A stretch of 64,000 nucleotides of DNA, taken from positions 1 through 64,000 of the IMG/VR virus record IMGVR_UViG_2513237098_000002; one strand, 5' to 3'. Made by a program: the position numbers and the translations under genes. Shown piece by piece: positions 1 to 9,204 of the stretch (position 1 is the first letter of the stretch; each line of letters begins with the position of its first letter). The notes under the pieces were generated by a model that ran no database searches, was not told where the DNA came from, and saw nothing but the letters and a program-made list of their open reading frames with translations. The stretch comes from a virus. Its lineage: Duplodnaviria > Caudoviricetes.

Positions 1-1182
1 TTAATTCTGGCGCTGCGCGGTCCCGGAAACGGTCCCGGAAACGATTGGTTTTCGGGACCGACTCAGTTTGACGCCCAGCAAGTTGTCGAACGTGCGCGGC
101 GTCTCGTGCCGGTAGGTCTTGCGGATAGTCTCAACCGACACGCCGCAATATTGGCTCACCAGTTCGATATCCACGCCCGCGTCAAGGTACCACGTGATTG
201 CGGTGTGGCGCAGCGTGTGGCGCACCACCTTGCGGCGCTTGTCGTCAGTCCCGAGCCCAGCCTTCTCAACGAGACTTTCCCAGCCATCGTGAACGCGCTT
301 CACGGGCTTGCCCATGAATTCGACAACGGAGTGGTTAGAGATGCCAAGCCGCTTCCAGCGACGCATGTGCGCAAGCAGGCGAGGCGGCAGCGGCACCGTC
401 GGCTGCTGCTTGCTGGTCGCCTCCTTGTTGTCTGGCTTGCGCTTGAAGATGCCGCGATCCAGGTCAACATAGCCGCGGCCGATGGTCGGGATTACGGCGG
501 CGTTGCAGATGTCGCCGTTGCGCGAGCCAGTGTAGAGACCGACAAGGATGTATCGCGCGAGATGACGCAGCGTGTGGCGACCTTTGCTGGTCGCTAGTTT
601 GGTCGCCTTGCGATATCGCCAAGCGGTCCACAACATTTTCGCGGCCTCGCCGCGCTCTAAATAGCGCTCGCGAGACTTTGGCGCGGGCGGTAGCGTCGCA
701 CTAAACTTCGGCTGGATGCCGCCCTTGGTTTTCTTAACGCAACGATTGATCGCCGCCTGCAATAACTTCAGATCACGAAACGCTGATGCGCCGGTCTCTG
801 TTAAGCGCTCTTCGGCGTACCGTTCTTGCAGCGCGCCATCGAGATCGCCGATGGTGTAATCGGCAAACCAATTGCCGATGCGCTGTATGGCAGAGATCAG
901 TTGGTTCTTGTACGTCTGATCGATGTTGCGCTTACTGATGTGTCGAATTTCGAGCGAGCAAACGTCGGTGATCTTAATCGTGTTTACGTCGTTAGCGCTC
1001 AGCGCCTTCTTTGGGTCGTGCTTTTTGGTGATGTACGCGGCGAGGGCTTTTTCAGCTCCTGCGCGATCATGTTCATAGCATCCCGTGCCAGCGTCTTTGT
1101 CGCCGTCGCGGATGATCCACATGGTTTCTCTACCGGCACGCTTCTTTTTGCGGAGGTAGGGCGGCTTGCTTGGACGCGGCAT
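1..1182 (-). CDS. int: Tyrosine recombinase (phage integrase)
   Basis: Catalytic motifs TGSR, RHTLRHTAITW, GH-equivalent QYCG and Y in RKTYRH. Confidence 0.95.
   Translation of the reverse strand: MPRPSKPPYLRKKKRAGRETMWIIRDGDKDAGTGCYEHDRAGAEKALAAYITKKHDPKKALSANDVNTIKITDVCSLEIRHISKRNIDQTYKNQLISAIQRIGNWFADYTIGDLDGALQERYAEERLTETGASAFRDLKLLQAAINRCVKKTKGGIQPKFSATLPPAPKSRERYLERGEAAKMLWTAWRYRKATKLATSKGRHTLRHLARYILVGLYTGSRNGDICNAAVIPTIGRGYVDLDRGIFKRKPDNKEATSKQQPTVPLPPRLLAHMRRWKRLGISNHSVVEFMGKPVKRVHDGWESLVEKAGLGTDDKRRKVVRHTLRHTAITWYLDAGVDIELVSQYCGVSVETIRKTYRHETPRTFDNLLGVKLSRSRKPIVSGTVSGTAQRQN
19..59. repeat. Candidate integrase arm-type sites
   Basis: ggtcccggaaac in tandem at 19-42 plus an inverted 1-mismatch copy (gttttcgggacc, 48-59) inside the int 3' end. 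Confidence 0.55.
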
Positions 1183-1388
1183 GACGATCTCATTTCCTCT
1201 ATAGCGGCAAGCGTGACGTAATACTTGCCAGCGATCAATTCGTGCGACACTTGCCCGGTGACAACCAACCTACGCAAAGCAGAAACTGACATCGAGCCAT
1301 CAGGGAAAGCCAATTGAGCTGCTACTTCGAGGCGCAATGGCGTTGACGTAGTGATGTCAGTCGGTGCTGGGATTTTGGAACGCATCAC
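999..1388 (-). CDS. xis: Excisionase-like winged-helix protein
   Basis: Overlaps int start; PLRLEVAAQLAFPDG...IAGKYYVTLAAIEEM resembles the Xis/MerR-like fold. Confidence 0.7.
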   Translation of the reverse strand: MMRSKIPAPTDITTSTPLRLEVAAQLAFPDGSMSVSALRRLVVTGQVSHELIAGKYYVTLAAIEEMRSSCRVQASRPTSAKRSVPVEKPCGSSATATKTLARDAMNMIAQELKKPSPRTSPKSTTQRRR

Positions 1389-1546
1389 TCAACTCCCACT
1401 ATATATAGGGCAAAATGCCCGCTATCAACCGTCCCGGTAGTTCTTTGATTTTGATCAGTTTTTGCCGCGCGATGCGCGGCCACCAGCATCACCGAGACGA
1501 TCGCGCTCAGCGCCAGATAGAGCTTCGGTGCGGTGATCATGATCAT
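1385..1546 (-). CDS. Small membrane protein (53 aa)
   Basis: Manual translation MIMITAPKLYLALSAIVSVMLVAAH..., one hydrophobic helix, overlapping junctions. Confidence 0.4.
   Translation of the reverse strand: MIMITAPKLYLALSAIVSVMLVAAHRAAKTDQNQRTTGTVDSGHFALYIVGVE
1402..1429 (-). promoter_or_regulatory. Sigma70-like promoter of xis-int with a palindromic operator in the spacer
   Basis: Minus strand TTGATA-17nt-TATATA; spacer contains GGGCATTTTGCCC; SD GGGAG before xis ATG. Confidence 0.6.
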
Positions 1547-1797
1547 AGCTTTCGCACCACCGGGATATCCAGCAGGGCCATATAGTTGCAGCCGCGCTGC
1601 CGGATGTTGGTCAGCACGTTGCAGCGGTCGCAGCTGCCGTACTCGTGGAAGGTGTTGGGGGTTTCCATGGTCAGCCGGGCGCCGCAGCCGGCGCAGGTGA
1701 ATTTCTGGAAGACCGTGGCGCCCATGGCAATTCGCTCATCGGCCTGGCGCCGGACTTCTTCAAACGGATAGTCCTGATACTCAGTCGCTGTCGCCAT
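1543..1797 (-). CDS. Small zinc-ribbon protein
   Basis: MATATEYQDY start; FTCAGCG and CDRC motifs. Confidence 0.65.
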   Translation of the reverse strand: MATATEYQDYPFEEVRRQADERIAMGATVFQKFTCAGCGARLTMETPNTFHEYGSCDRCNVLTNIRQRGCNYMALLDIPVVRKL

Positions 1798-2053
1798 TGA
1801 ACTGCCTCGACGCTGGAATCTTGCTGCCGATGTTCTGATGCAGTTGATCGATGAACCAGCCATAGACCTGGCGCTTGGCATCGTTCGAAACGATCACGTC
1901 AAGCACCCGGTGAATATTGCTGCCGAACGCGCCAAGGATCACGGTGACCGGCGTGTCGTCCGGAAGCCGTTCCAGAATGTCACCGATATCGTCGGTGAGT
2001 TCGGTCAGTAGCTCACAGAGCGCTTCACGCTCTCGTTGCGTCATCACTGGCAT
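1781..2053 (-). CDS. Hypothetical phage protein
   Basis: MPVMTQRE start, tightly packed operon. Confidence 0.6.
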   Translation of the reverse strand: MPVMTQREREALCELLTELTDDIGDILERLPDDTPVTVILGAFGSNIHRVLDVIVSNDAKRQVYGWFIDQLHQNIGSKIPASRQFNGDSD

Positions 2054-2216
2054 GAGGAGTCTCCCTTGCGTGATTGGAACGCGTGCGCGCCAGCAATCGC
2101 ATGACGCGGTTGGCTTCACTGATGAAGTCGTGGCGATGACAGTGCTCGCCGTCTTGTCGGCACTGATCGCCGCAGCACAGGGCGATCAATAGGTCGGTGT
2201 AGATATCGTGAGTCAT
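2025..2216 (-). CDS. Small Cys/His-rich hypothetical protein
   Basis: MTHDIYTDLLIALCCGDQC...HCHRH. Confidence 0.5.
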   Translation of the reverse strand: MTHDIYTDLLIALCCGDQCRQDGEHCHRHDFISEANRVMRLLARTRSNHARETPHASDDATRA

Positions 2217-2243
2217 GTTCCGTGAAGCCAATTGAAGAAGGGT

Positions 2244-2633
2244 TCAGGCGACGGGGACGAAGTCGCCGAGCGCCAGCCGGATCTCGTTGTCGTATTTGCG
2301 GCAGGTGTACATGATCGTCGTATGATCGCGGTCGAAGGCGCGACCGATCCGGCGCCACGACGCGCCCGAGACCACGTGCGTAAACGAGATCAAGATCTGA
2401 CGGATATGGATGATGCGCCGGCCGCGGGACCTTGCGCGGAGATCGTCGACCTCGACACCGAAGGCGCGGGCGCCGGCATTGCGGCACGCCACCGTCGCAG
2501 ACCAAGAGGGACAACCGTCGATACGGCGATGCACTTCGGCGAGCGCCCAGGCCAGGCGCTCGGCGTCGGTGGTCAGTTCAAGGCGATAGGAAAAGGGAGC
2601 GGGGGTCGCGGGCTCGGCGAGTTTCAGTAGCAT
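2244..2633 (-). CDS. DnaA C-terminal (domain IV) HTH-like protein
   Basis: FGVEVDDLRARSR...RQI...SWRRIGRAFDRDHTTIMY matches the Bac_DnaA_C pattern. Confidence 0.8.
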   Translation of the reverse strand: MLLKLAEPATPAPFSYRLELTTDAERLAWALAEVHRRIDGCPSWSATVACRNAGARAFGVEVDDLRARSRGRRIIHIRQILISFTHVVSGASWRRIGRAFDRDHTTIMYTCRKYDNEIRLALGDFVPVA

Positions 2634-2678
2634 CGGTAGCCCTCCTGCCGTTGTCGCTCTTGGGAGGCGACTTCACGC

Positions 2679-2707
2679 AGGAAAGATTAACCGACGATAC
2701 TTGTCAA
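2679..2707 (-). promoter_or_regulatory. Candidate leftward early promoter
   Basis: Perfect TTGACA on minus strand (2702-2707) between repressor and leftward operon; -10 weak. Confidence 0.4.
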
Positions 2708-2748
2708 CGAAATTTCACGCTCGATTGAAAAGTTCAACCGGCGGGATA

Positions 2749-3537
2749 TCAGAGCGGGTGCACAACAGCCATAACGCGACCGATGATCCGCTTGTCGGGG
2801 AGCTGGGTCGTGCCCCATACCACGTTGGCGCCGTCGGCATCGCCTTGCAGATAGACACCGGGTTCGTTGTCGATCCCGGTGCGCGATTGATCGACGATTG
2901 CATAGTCGCCGCGCTCTAGTTTGGTTTCGCCCTCCGACCAGCTCGCCACCACGCGCATCACCATGACATCGGTAGGCGAGCAATTGAGACCCTTCTCTAA
3001 CGTCGTGTGGGAAATCATCCAGTGGCCGAATTCGTGCGCGACGCTGAATTGGGCGGTCTGCCAATTCGTGATCAGTCGGGCAAGCTTCCGATAATTGTTG
3101 ACCTCAGGAACGCGCTGATACGCTTCATCTATAGCGGTGTTGTGCGCTTCCGTCGTCGTCGGGCGGCGCTCGAGGGTTGTCATTGTGGCCGCAGTCAAAC
3201 TGCTTTTGCCAGCACCTGCGGGGACCTCAATGTTAGCGAAGTCCGGTGGCGGCCCTGACCCGGTCAACAGCCAATCCAAAGACACCTTTGTCATCTCAGC
3301 AAACTTGATCAACTTGCTGATCGGAATGTTTTCCACCGCGCCGGTCTCCCACGTCGAGAGCGCATTACGGGACATATTGAGCCTTTCGGCGATCTGATCG
3401 GCATGCAGTTTCCGCCCCAGCCGAACCGCTTTGATGCGGTCGCCGATACGGTTGCCGGCTAGGAGCCTGGCTAATTCTGCGATCGGGCCGGTCATTAGAT
3501 CGTCAGGAGCGTCGGAGGGCATCAAGTTCCTCTTCAA
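2749..3537 (-). CDS. CI-like XRE repressor with degenerate S24-like C-terminus
   Basis: IGDRIKAVRLGRKLHADQIAERLNMSRNALSTWETG HTH; divergent from Cro-like gene. Confidence 0.85.
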   Translation of the reverse strand: MKRNLMPSDAPDDLMTGPIAELARLLAGNRIGDRIKAVRLGRKLHADQIAERLNMSRNALSTWETGAVENIPISKLIKFAEMTKVSLDWLLTGSGPPPDFANIEVPAGAGKSSLTAATMTTLERRPTTTEAHNTAIDEAYQRVPEVNNYRKLARLITNWQTAQFSVAHEFGHWMISHTTLEKGLNCSPTDVMVMRVVASWSEGETKLERGDYAIVDQSRTGIDNEPGVYLQGDADGANVVWGTTQLPDKRIIGRVMAVVHPL

Positions 3538-3614
3538 TGGTGGTGGATAGCTGTCTTCACGCTTGGCTGATTTCGGCTTATCCCTGATGCCTCACCAGCA
3601 AGCGAGGCGAGGCG

Positions 3615-3842
3615 ATGCCGAAGCGGAAGGCAAATGCCGTGATCGAGGCGATCCGGACCCAGCGCGGGCTGGCGGCCAAACTGGCAAAAGTGTGCGGAAT
3701 CTCGCGGTCGGCGGTCTGGAAATGGCAGCAAGTACCGGCCGAGCACGCCCTGGCAGTCGCAACGTTCCTGCAGCTGAAGCGCCATGAAGTCCGGCCTGAT
3801 CTCTACCCTGCCAACCTGCCCGAAGAACGGGTAGGTGCCTAA
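3615..3842 (+). CDS. Cro-like (YdaS/Cro) regulator
   Basis: LAKVCGISRSAVWKWQQVP...HEVRPDLY. Confidence 0.85.
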   Translation: MPKRKANAVIEAIRTQRGLAAKLAKVCGISRSAVWKWQQVPAEHALAVATFLQLKRHEVRPDLYPANLPEERVGA

Positions 3843-3900
3843 CGACTCTGTCATCTGCACTGAAGACCTATGTCAACTTTTTCTCACGGTCAACTAACCA

Positions 3901-4362
3901 TTGCAATGCCAGATGAAAAATTCCCAACCCGCGATCCCACTGCCGCCTCCCGTCCGGGTTGGGAAGAGTAAGTCGCGCAATCGCAGTTACCTCGGCGCGC
4001 CCAGCGAACACCAGCTCCAGGTGCGGGTCCTCGAAATTCTCGCCTACACCAAACGTCCCGAGATTTTTGTTTTTGCGATTCCGAACCAGAGCAACCGGCA
4101 TATCCGCAACGCAGTGCGGATGAAGGCCGAAGGTCTTCGGTCGGGCATCGCCGATCTCTGCATTCTGTTTCCACGCGACGAAGGGTCGGTGGCCTGGCTC
4201 GAGCTAAAGAAGCGCGGCGGATCGCTCACCGACGAGCAGAAGGGCTTTCGCGCGATCTGTCAGCGGCTCGGGATCCGCTGGGCCGTGGCGAAGTCGGTCG
4301 AAGAAGCGCTCGCCGTGCTGCAGGGCTGGGGCGTGCTCAAGCCTGGCGTGGTGATTCTATGA
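3901..4362 (+). CDS. VRR-NUC domain nuclease
   Basis: SEHQLQ, GLRSGIADL, WLELKK, LTDEQKGF motifs. Confidence 0.85.
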   Translation: MQCQMKNSQPAIPLPPPVRVGKSKSRNRSYLGAPSEHQLQVRVLEILAYTKRPEIFVFAIPNQSNRHIRNAVRMKAEGLRSGIADLCILFPRDEGSVAWLELKKRGGSLTDEQKGFRAICQRLGIRWAVAKSVEEALAVLQGWGVLKPGVVIL

Positions 4363-4526
4363 GCCAACGCGCACGCGATAGTCACGACAACGATTGCCTT
4401 AAGGCGGCGCGCCGGTTCGTCAACTGGTTCGACGCGCATGAGGATCGTTTGCGCGAGCAATTTATCGAGGCGGATTTCTATGAGTTGCAGGAAATTGCGG
4501 ATCGTTGTCGGGAGCAACTGCGATGA
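4359..4526 (+). CDS. Hypothetical protein (55 aa)
   Basis: Manual translation MSQRARDSHDNDCLKAARRFVNWFDAH...; ATGA overlaps at both ends. Confidence 0.6.
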   Translation: MSQRARDSHDNDCLKAARRFVNWFDAHEDRLREQFIEADFYELQEIADRCREQLR

Positions 4527-4852
4527 CGCTGTTCCGCGATTCCTTATCCGACAAGTTGACCCAGCCTGATCCAACACTGACCCGGCAGGCGCGCGCGACC
4601 TATCCCGGCATGGCGCACTTCGCCGGCACCTATGGCGACAGCAACATGACCTGCCGGCAATGCCTGCACTGGGAGCACCGCGCTTACGCCTATCACAGCA
4701 AGAACGGCAAATACCACGGGCTGATCAAGCCGGCGCCGTGCCGCAAATACCGGGCGATCACCGGCAAGACCGGCCCTGCGGTGCCCGACAATGCCGAGGC
4801 TTGCAAATATTTCGAGTGGAATGTCGCACATCCGCGGAGGTTTGCCCAATGA
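4523..4852 (+). CDS. Cys-rich hypothetical phage protein
   Basis: TCRQCLHW...C...ACKYFE pattern; operonic. Confidence 0.65.
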   Translation: MTLFRDSLSDKLTQPDPTLTRQARATYPGMAHFAGTYGDSNMTCRQCLHWEHRAYAYHSKNGKYHGLIKPAPCRKYRAITGKTGPAVPDNAEACKYFEWNVAHPRRFAQ

Positions 4853-5142
4853 CCGACGACATCACCGCCAATTACCACGGCGGCCATCCGCGCAGCGTCG
4901 AGGCGCACGAGGCTACCAAGCCGCGCAAGAACACGGACTATATCCGGATTCTTCAGCTGCTGCGCCAAGAGCCGGCGGGTCTCACCTGCGATGAAGCCGA
5001 GATCCTGCTTGGCATGCGCCACCAAACCTGCAGTGCGCGCTTCTCTGACATGAAGCGCAAGGGTTGGTTGGTGACGCGCGGCAAGCGCAGGACGCGGTCG
5101 GGCTGCAGCGCCGATGTGCATTTCGAGGCGTCGACAGCATGA
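4849..5142 (+). CDS. Winged-helix DNA-binding protein
   Basis: GLTCDEAEILLGMRHQTCSARFSDM..G...RRTRSG. Confidence 0.7.
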   Translation: MTDDITANYHGGHPRSVEAHEATKPRKNTDYIRILQLLRQEPAGLTCDEAEILLGMRHQTCSARFSDMKRKGWLVTRGKRRTRSGCSADVHFEASTA

Positions 5143-5603
5143 GCAACAGCTTCGAACGATATGCGGCGATGGCCGCGCCGCGTCGCGCCAAGCGGGTGCG
5201 CGCGGTGCGGTCGGAGTCCGACGCACCGCCGGTGCCGAGCGCGCTGGAGCAAGAGCAGCGCGATAACACCGCGCAGTTCCAACGCTACCAACGGGCGCTG
5301 CGGACCGAGAGCGCCGCCATGCTGACCGGAGAGCACGGCGCGGACTACCGGAGCTTGCTGGCGCTATTGAACCGGCTGACGCCGCAGTGCTCGCGCGAGC
5401 TGCTGGACTATGTGAAGGGCGCACGCTGGATCGCCGCCTGCAACCTCGAACAGAAACAGACCGTGCTGTCGATGATCGACATGGCGATCACCCGCGCGCG
5501 CGTGTGCGCCGGCCTGCCGCCATTCGACGACGCATTACCTGGTGAAGCCGACAACGTCTTCCTGATCATTCGAAGAGAAATCATCCAGGAGTTAAGCACA
5601 TGA
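5139..5603 (+). CDS. Hypothetical phage protein
   Basis: ATGA-coupled to neighbours, typical codon usage. Confidence 0.65.
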   Translation: MSNSFERYAAMAAPRRAKRVRAVRSESDAPPVPSALEQEQRDNTAQFQRYQRALRTESAAMLTGEHGADYRSLLALLNRLTPQCSRELLDYVKGARWIAACNLEQKQTVLSMIDMAITRARVCAGLPPFDDALPGEADNVFLIIRREIIQELST

Positions 5604-6442
5604 AGATTATCTCGGCCTCCGAACGATTACAGGAAGACAAGGGCGTCAAGGCGTTGATCGTCGGCCCGGCTGGCGTTGGCAAGACATCGCTGCTGCGTAC
5701 GCTCAATCCGGACAACACGCTGTTCGTCGACTTGGAAGCCGGGGATTTGGCTGTGCAGGATGTTGCGGTCGACAGCGTTCGTCCCGATACCTGGGAAGCC
5801 TGTCGTGACTTGGCCTGCTATCTCGGTGGCCCCAATCCGGCATTGCCCGACACCGCGTGCTATTCGCGCGAGCATTATCGCGAAGTCCTCAACACGTTCG
5901 GCTCGACCAACACCCTGGCCAAGTATCATACCTATTTCATCGACAGCATCACCGTCGCCGGCCGGCTGTGCTTTCGGTGGTGCGAGCAGCAACCGGAATC
6001 CTTCAACGAACGTGGCAAGAAGAATGTGCTGGGCACCTACGGCTTGATGGGCCGCGAGATGGTCAACTGGTTGGTGCATCTGCAGCATGCCCGCGATCGG
6101 AACGTCATTTTTCTCGGCCTGCTCGAAAAAGAGCTGGACGACTTCAAGATGGTACATTGGGAGCTGCAGATCGAAGGCTCCAAGACCGGCAAGGAATTGC
6201 CGGGCATCGTCGATCAGATCATCACCATGCAGTTCATCGACTTCGGCGACGGCAACCCGGTTCGCGCGTTTGTGTGCACGCAGCCGAACCCGTGGGGCTA
6301 CCCGGCGAAGGACCGCGCCGGCCGGCTCGAGCAGATCGAAGAGCCGCATCTCGGCAAGCTGCTGAGCAAGCTGACGGCGAACACGCCGCGCAAGCCGCTT
6401 GACCACACCCTTTCCCCAGCAACCGAAACCCAGGCAGCATAG
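5600..6442 (+). CDS. AAA_24 / Sak4-like phage ATPase
   Basis: Walker A GPAGVGKTS; FIDSIT; PAKDRAG. Confidence 0.85.
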   Translation: MKIISASERLQEDKGVKALIVGPAGVGKTSLLRTLNPDNTLFVDLEAGDLAVQDVAVDSVRPDTWEACRDLACYLGGPNPALPDTACYSREHYREVLNTFGSTNTLAKYHTYFIDSITVAGRLCFRWCEQQPESFNERGKKNVLGTYGLMGREMVNWLVHLQHARDRNVIFLGLLEKELDDFKMVHWELQIEGSKTGKELPGIVDQIITMQFIDFGDGNPVRAFVCTQPNPWGYPAKDRAGRLEQIEEPHLGKLLSKLTANTPRKPLDHTLSPATETQAA

Positions 6443-6454
6443 GAGCACAGCACC

Positions 6455-7021
6455 ATGGCTTATGATTTTAACGCAGCTGGCGAACAGCGTTCGTTCAACG
6501 AGCTGATTCCGGACGGCACCGTGTGCCCGGTGCATCTCACCATTCGTCCCGGCAACGCGGGCGAGGGTGGCTGGCTGAAGCGCGCGGCCGACGGCGGCAG
6601 CATGGCGCTGGATTGCGAATTCACCGTGGTCGAGGGGCCCTATGCCAAGCGCAAATTCTGGACCCTGATGACGGTCGAGGGCAGCACCGAGGGCCATGCC
6701 AAGGCCGGCGAGATCACGATGTCGCGCCTGCGCGCGATCCTCGAAAGCGCCCGCGGCATCAAGCCGAGCGATGAAAGCGAAGCGGCGCGCATCGCCCGTC
6801 GGGTCAATTCCTATGGCGACTTCGATGGCCTGCGGTTCCTCGCCCGCGTCTCGGTCGAAAAGGGCGGCACCCAATATAAAGACAAGAACGCGCTCGACAT
6901 CGCCATCACGCCGGATCGCAAGGAATGGACCCGGGTCGAGCAGGTGGCCAAAACCGCGGGCGCCACGCCGGGCCAGCATCAAGCCGCCGCGGCAGTCCAG
7001 AAGCCGGAATGGGCGAAGTGA
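6455..7021 (+). CDS. ssDNA-binding protein-like (DUF669-type)
   Basis: LIPDGT...LDCEFTVVEGPYAKRKFW; follows Sak4-like ATPase. Confidence 0.65.
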   Translation: MAYDFNAAGEQRSFNELIPDGTVCPVHLTIRPGNAGEGGWLKRAADGGSMALDCEFTVVEGPYAKRKFWTLMTVEGSTEGHAKAGEITMSRLRAILESARGIKPSDESEAARIARRVNSYGDFDGLRFLARVSVEKGGTQYKDKNALDIAITPDRKEWTRVEQVAKTAGATPGQHQAAAAVQKPEWAK

Positions 7022-7560
7022 TGGCGAAGATCACCCATCAGATGACCGATGACGAATGGCAGGTTCGCGCGACCGAATCCGCCATCGCCGCCTGCCGGGA
7101 TCTGTTGAAGGGTGGGATCAATTCCCGCGCGACGCTGGCCTCGCTCGGCAATATCGAGTGGGGCTGGATCGCCGCGGCGTCGGTCTTCGCCTGGATCAAG
7201 GTCCGCGCCGAGCAGGCGGTGGCCGAAGGCATCTCGCCCGAGGTCACCATTCGCACCATGAGCCATCAAGTCCCTGGGCCATGGGAGGCGGGGGCGATCG
7301 AAAGCATCCTGCCAGCGCTCGGCGATATTAAAGGAGTCGATTGGTCGAAGCCGGTCGGCTTTTGGTCGAAGCAGGAGATCATCCGCTTCGCCTTCCACAT
7401 CAACATTCTGGTCAACAAGGCGCTGGCCGCACGCGACAAGGCGCAGGTCGGCGCCATCGTCACCAGCAACAAGGACACGGTTGAGCGACTGCACAGCGCC
7501 GCCAATGGCGGACCGTTGATGTCGCATGCGGAAATACACGACGAGGACATTCCGTTTTGA
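7021..7560 (+). CDS. Hypothetical phage protein
   Basis: MAKITHQ start overlapping previous stop; ends DEDIPF. Confidence 0.65.
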   Translation: MAKITHQMTDDEWQVRATESAIAACRDLLKGGINSRATLASLGNIEWGWIAAASVFAWIKVRAEQAVAEGISPEVTIRTMSHQVPGPWEAGAIESILPALGDIKGVDWSKPVGFWSKQEIIRFAFHINILVNKALAARDKAQVGAIVTSNKDTVERLHSAANGGPLMSHAEIHDEDIPF

Positions 7561-7570
7561 GGAGTAGCCG

Positions 7571-8308
7571 ATGGCTATGCTCGACTTCAACCGGGCGAAC
7601 CTAAGCGGCAGCGAACTGAACATAGCGATCAACGGTCTGCTCGATGCTGCCGCACTTCAACAGCAACGGCTGGAGCGTAGCCGGGACTATCTCGGCGCCT
7701 CGATCATCGGATCCGAATGTCTGCGCAAGGTGCAATACGACTGGATGTGCGATTCGATCTTTCCGGCGCGCACCAAGGCGATCTTCGATCGCGGCCATGC
7801 CATGGAGGAGATCAGCGCCCGGGCCCTGGCCCAGGCCGGTTTCCGCATCGAGCGCAACACCAAGCGCACCGAATTCTCGACCGCCGATGATCGGTTCAAG
7901 GGCCATGCCGACGGCATCATCTTGGATGGACCGCAGGTGAAGGGGCTGCGCTATCCGTGCCTGTGGGAGCACAAGGCGCTCGGCGACAGCGGCTGGAAGA
8001 AGATCGAGCGGGACGGCCTGCGGCGGGTCTACCCGGTCTATTGGGATCAGTGTCAGCTCTACATGGCCTATCTCAATCTCGACGAAAATCCGGCGCTGTT
8101 CACCGCGGTCAACGCCAACACCTGCGAGCGGTTGCATCTCTTGGTGCCGTTCGATGCGGCGGCGGCGCAGGCGGCATCGGACCGCGCGGTCCGCGTGATC
8201 AAGGCAACGCTGGCCGGTGAATTGCTGCCGCGCATCACCGAGAAGCCGGACGATTGGCGCTGTCGGATGTGTTCGCGTCGCGAGCGATGCTGGAACGGAA
8301 AGGCATAG
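7571..8308 (+). CDS. Cas4-like PD-(D/E)XK exonuclease (solo)
   Basis: LGASIIG.ECLRK; GHADGI; LWEHK; QCQLYM; C-terminal CRMCSRRERC. Confidence 0.85.
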   Translation: MAMLDFNRANLSGSELNIAINGLLDAAALQQQRLERSRDYLGASIIGSECLRKVQYDWMCDSIFPARTKAIFDRGHAMEEISARALAQAGFRIERNTKRTEFSTADDRFKGHADGIILDGPQVKGLRYPCLWEHKALGDSGWKKIERDGLRRVYPVYWDQCQLYMAYLNLDENPALFTAVNANTCERLHLLVPFDAAAAQAASDRAVRVIKATLAGELLPRITEKPDDWRCRMCSRRERCWNGKA

Positions 8309-8310
8309 CC

Positions 8311-8495
8311 ATGGGTGCAACGGAAAACGCTGGGTTTACCTCAGGGACGGCAGATTATTTCTGCATACAGAAAATGATGGGCCGCGGTTTCTTCGTCGTG
8401 GTGCCGAAGCATTTGAGGAGGAGGTCACGCTCGACGCGTTGAAGAGATATCCCGCTCTGTATGAAGAGGCCAAACGCTTGTTGCGAGATGAATAG
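8311..8495 (+). pseudogene. Small gene apparently frameshifted near its start
   Basis: ATG at 8311 is out of frame with the protein-like downstream frame (KRWVYLRDGRLFLHTEND...). Confidence 0.35.
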
Positions 8496-8527
8496 AAGAC
8501 CATCGTAATGTGTGGGAGCCGCGATCA

Positions 8528-9204
8528 TGGCGAACGACCTGAAGACGAGCCACCTCGAATCGGAGATCGAAAAGCGACCCCACCTCGCCAAATTTTTCGA
8601 CCGGGTCAATCCAACCCAAGGCCGATTGATCTTTGCGATTGATGCCACGGCCTCACGCCAGCCGACATGGGATATTGCCGCCGAGCTGACGACCCAGATG
8701 TTCGAAGCGATCGACAGCGTCGGCAGGTTGGAGGTTCAACTGGTCTATTATCGCGGCCGTGAGTGTGTCGCGTCACGCTGGTTTTCCGACGCCAAGTTGC
8801 TCGCGCAATTCATGTCCAAGGTGATCTGCATCGCCGGCATCACTCAGATCGAAAGAGTGTTCGCGCACGCCGTGAAGGAAAACCGGAAGAAAAAAATCAA
8901 CGCTCTCGTCATGATCGGCGATGCTTGCGAAGAACACCCGAACGAACTGTTGGACCAGGCCCGCTTGTTGAGCGATGTGCCGATATTCATGTTTCAGGAA
9001 GGCGCCGACGAGCACGTCGCCAGGGTTTATGGCCAGATCGCGGATATCACCCACGGCGCGTTCTGCAAATTCGATAGCAATGCATCGCAACAACTTGCGG
9101 ACCTGTTGAAAGCCGTCGCGGCGTTTGCTGCCGGCGGAATCAAGGCGCTGAGCGCTCAGAACAGTGACGCGGCAAGGTTGCTACTGACACAGATGAAATC
9201 ATGA
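8528..9204 (+). CDS. vWA domain protein
   Basis: MIDAS-like IFAIDATASRQPTW; LVMIGDACEE. Confidence 0.8.

Noticed and set aside
5627-6982. Long antisense ORFs (also 24333-25568, 32595-34127, 36086-37381, 44441-45664, 60094-61767)
   Set aside because: Shadows of GC3-biased sense genes; no recognisable motifs or SD sites.
7571-8308. CRISPR-Cas locus suggested by the Cas4-like gene
   Set aside because: Solo Cas4-like nucleases are ordinary phage recombination genes; no other cas genes or array.
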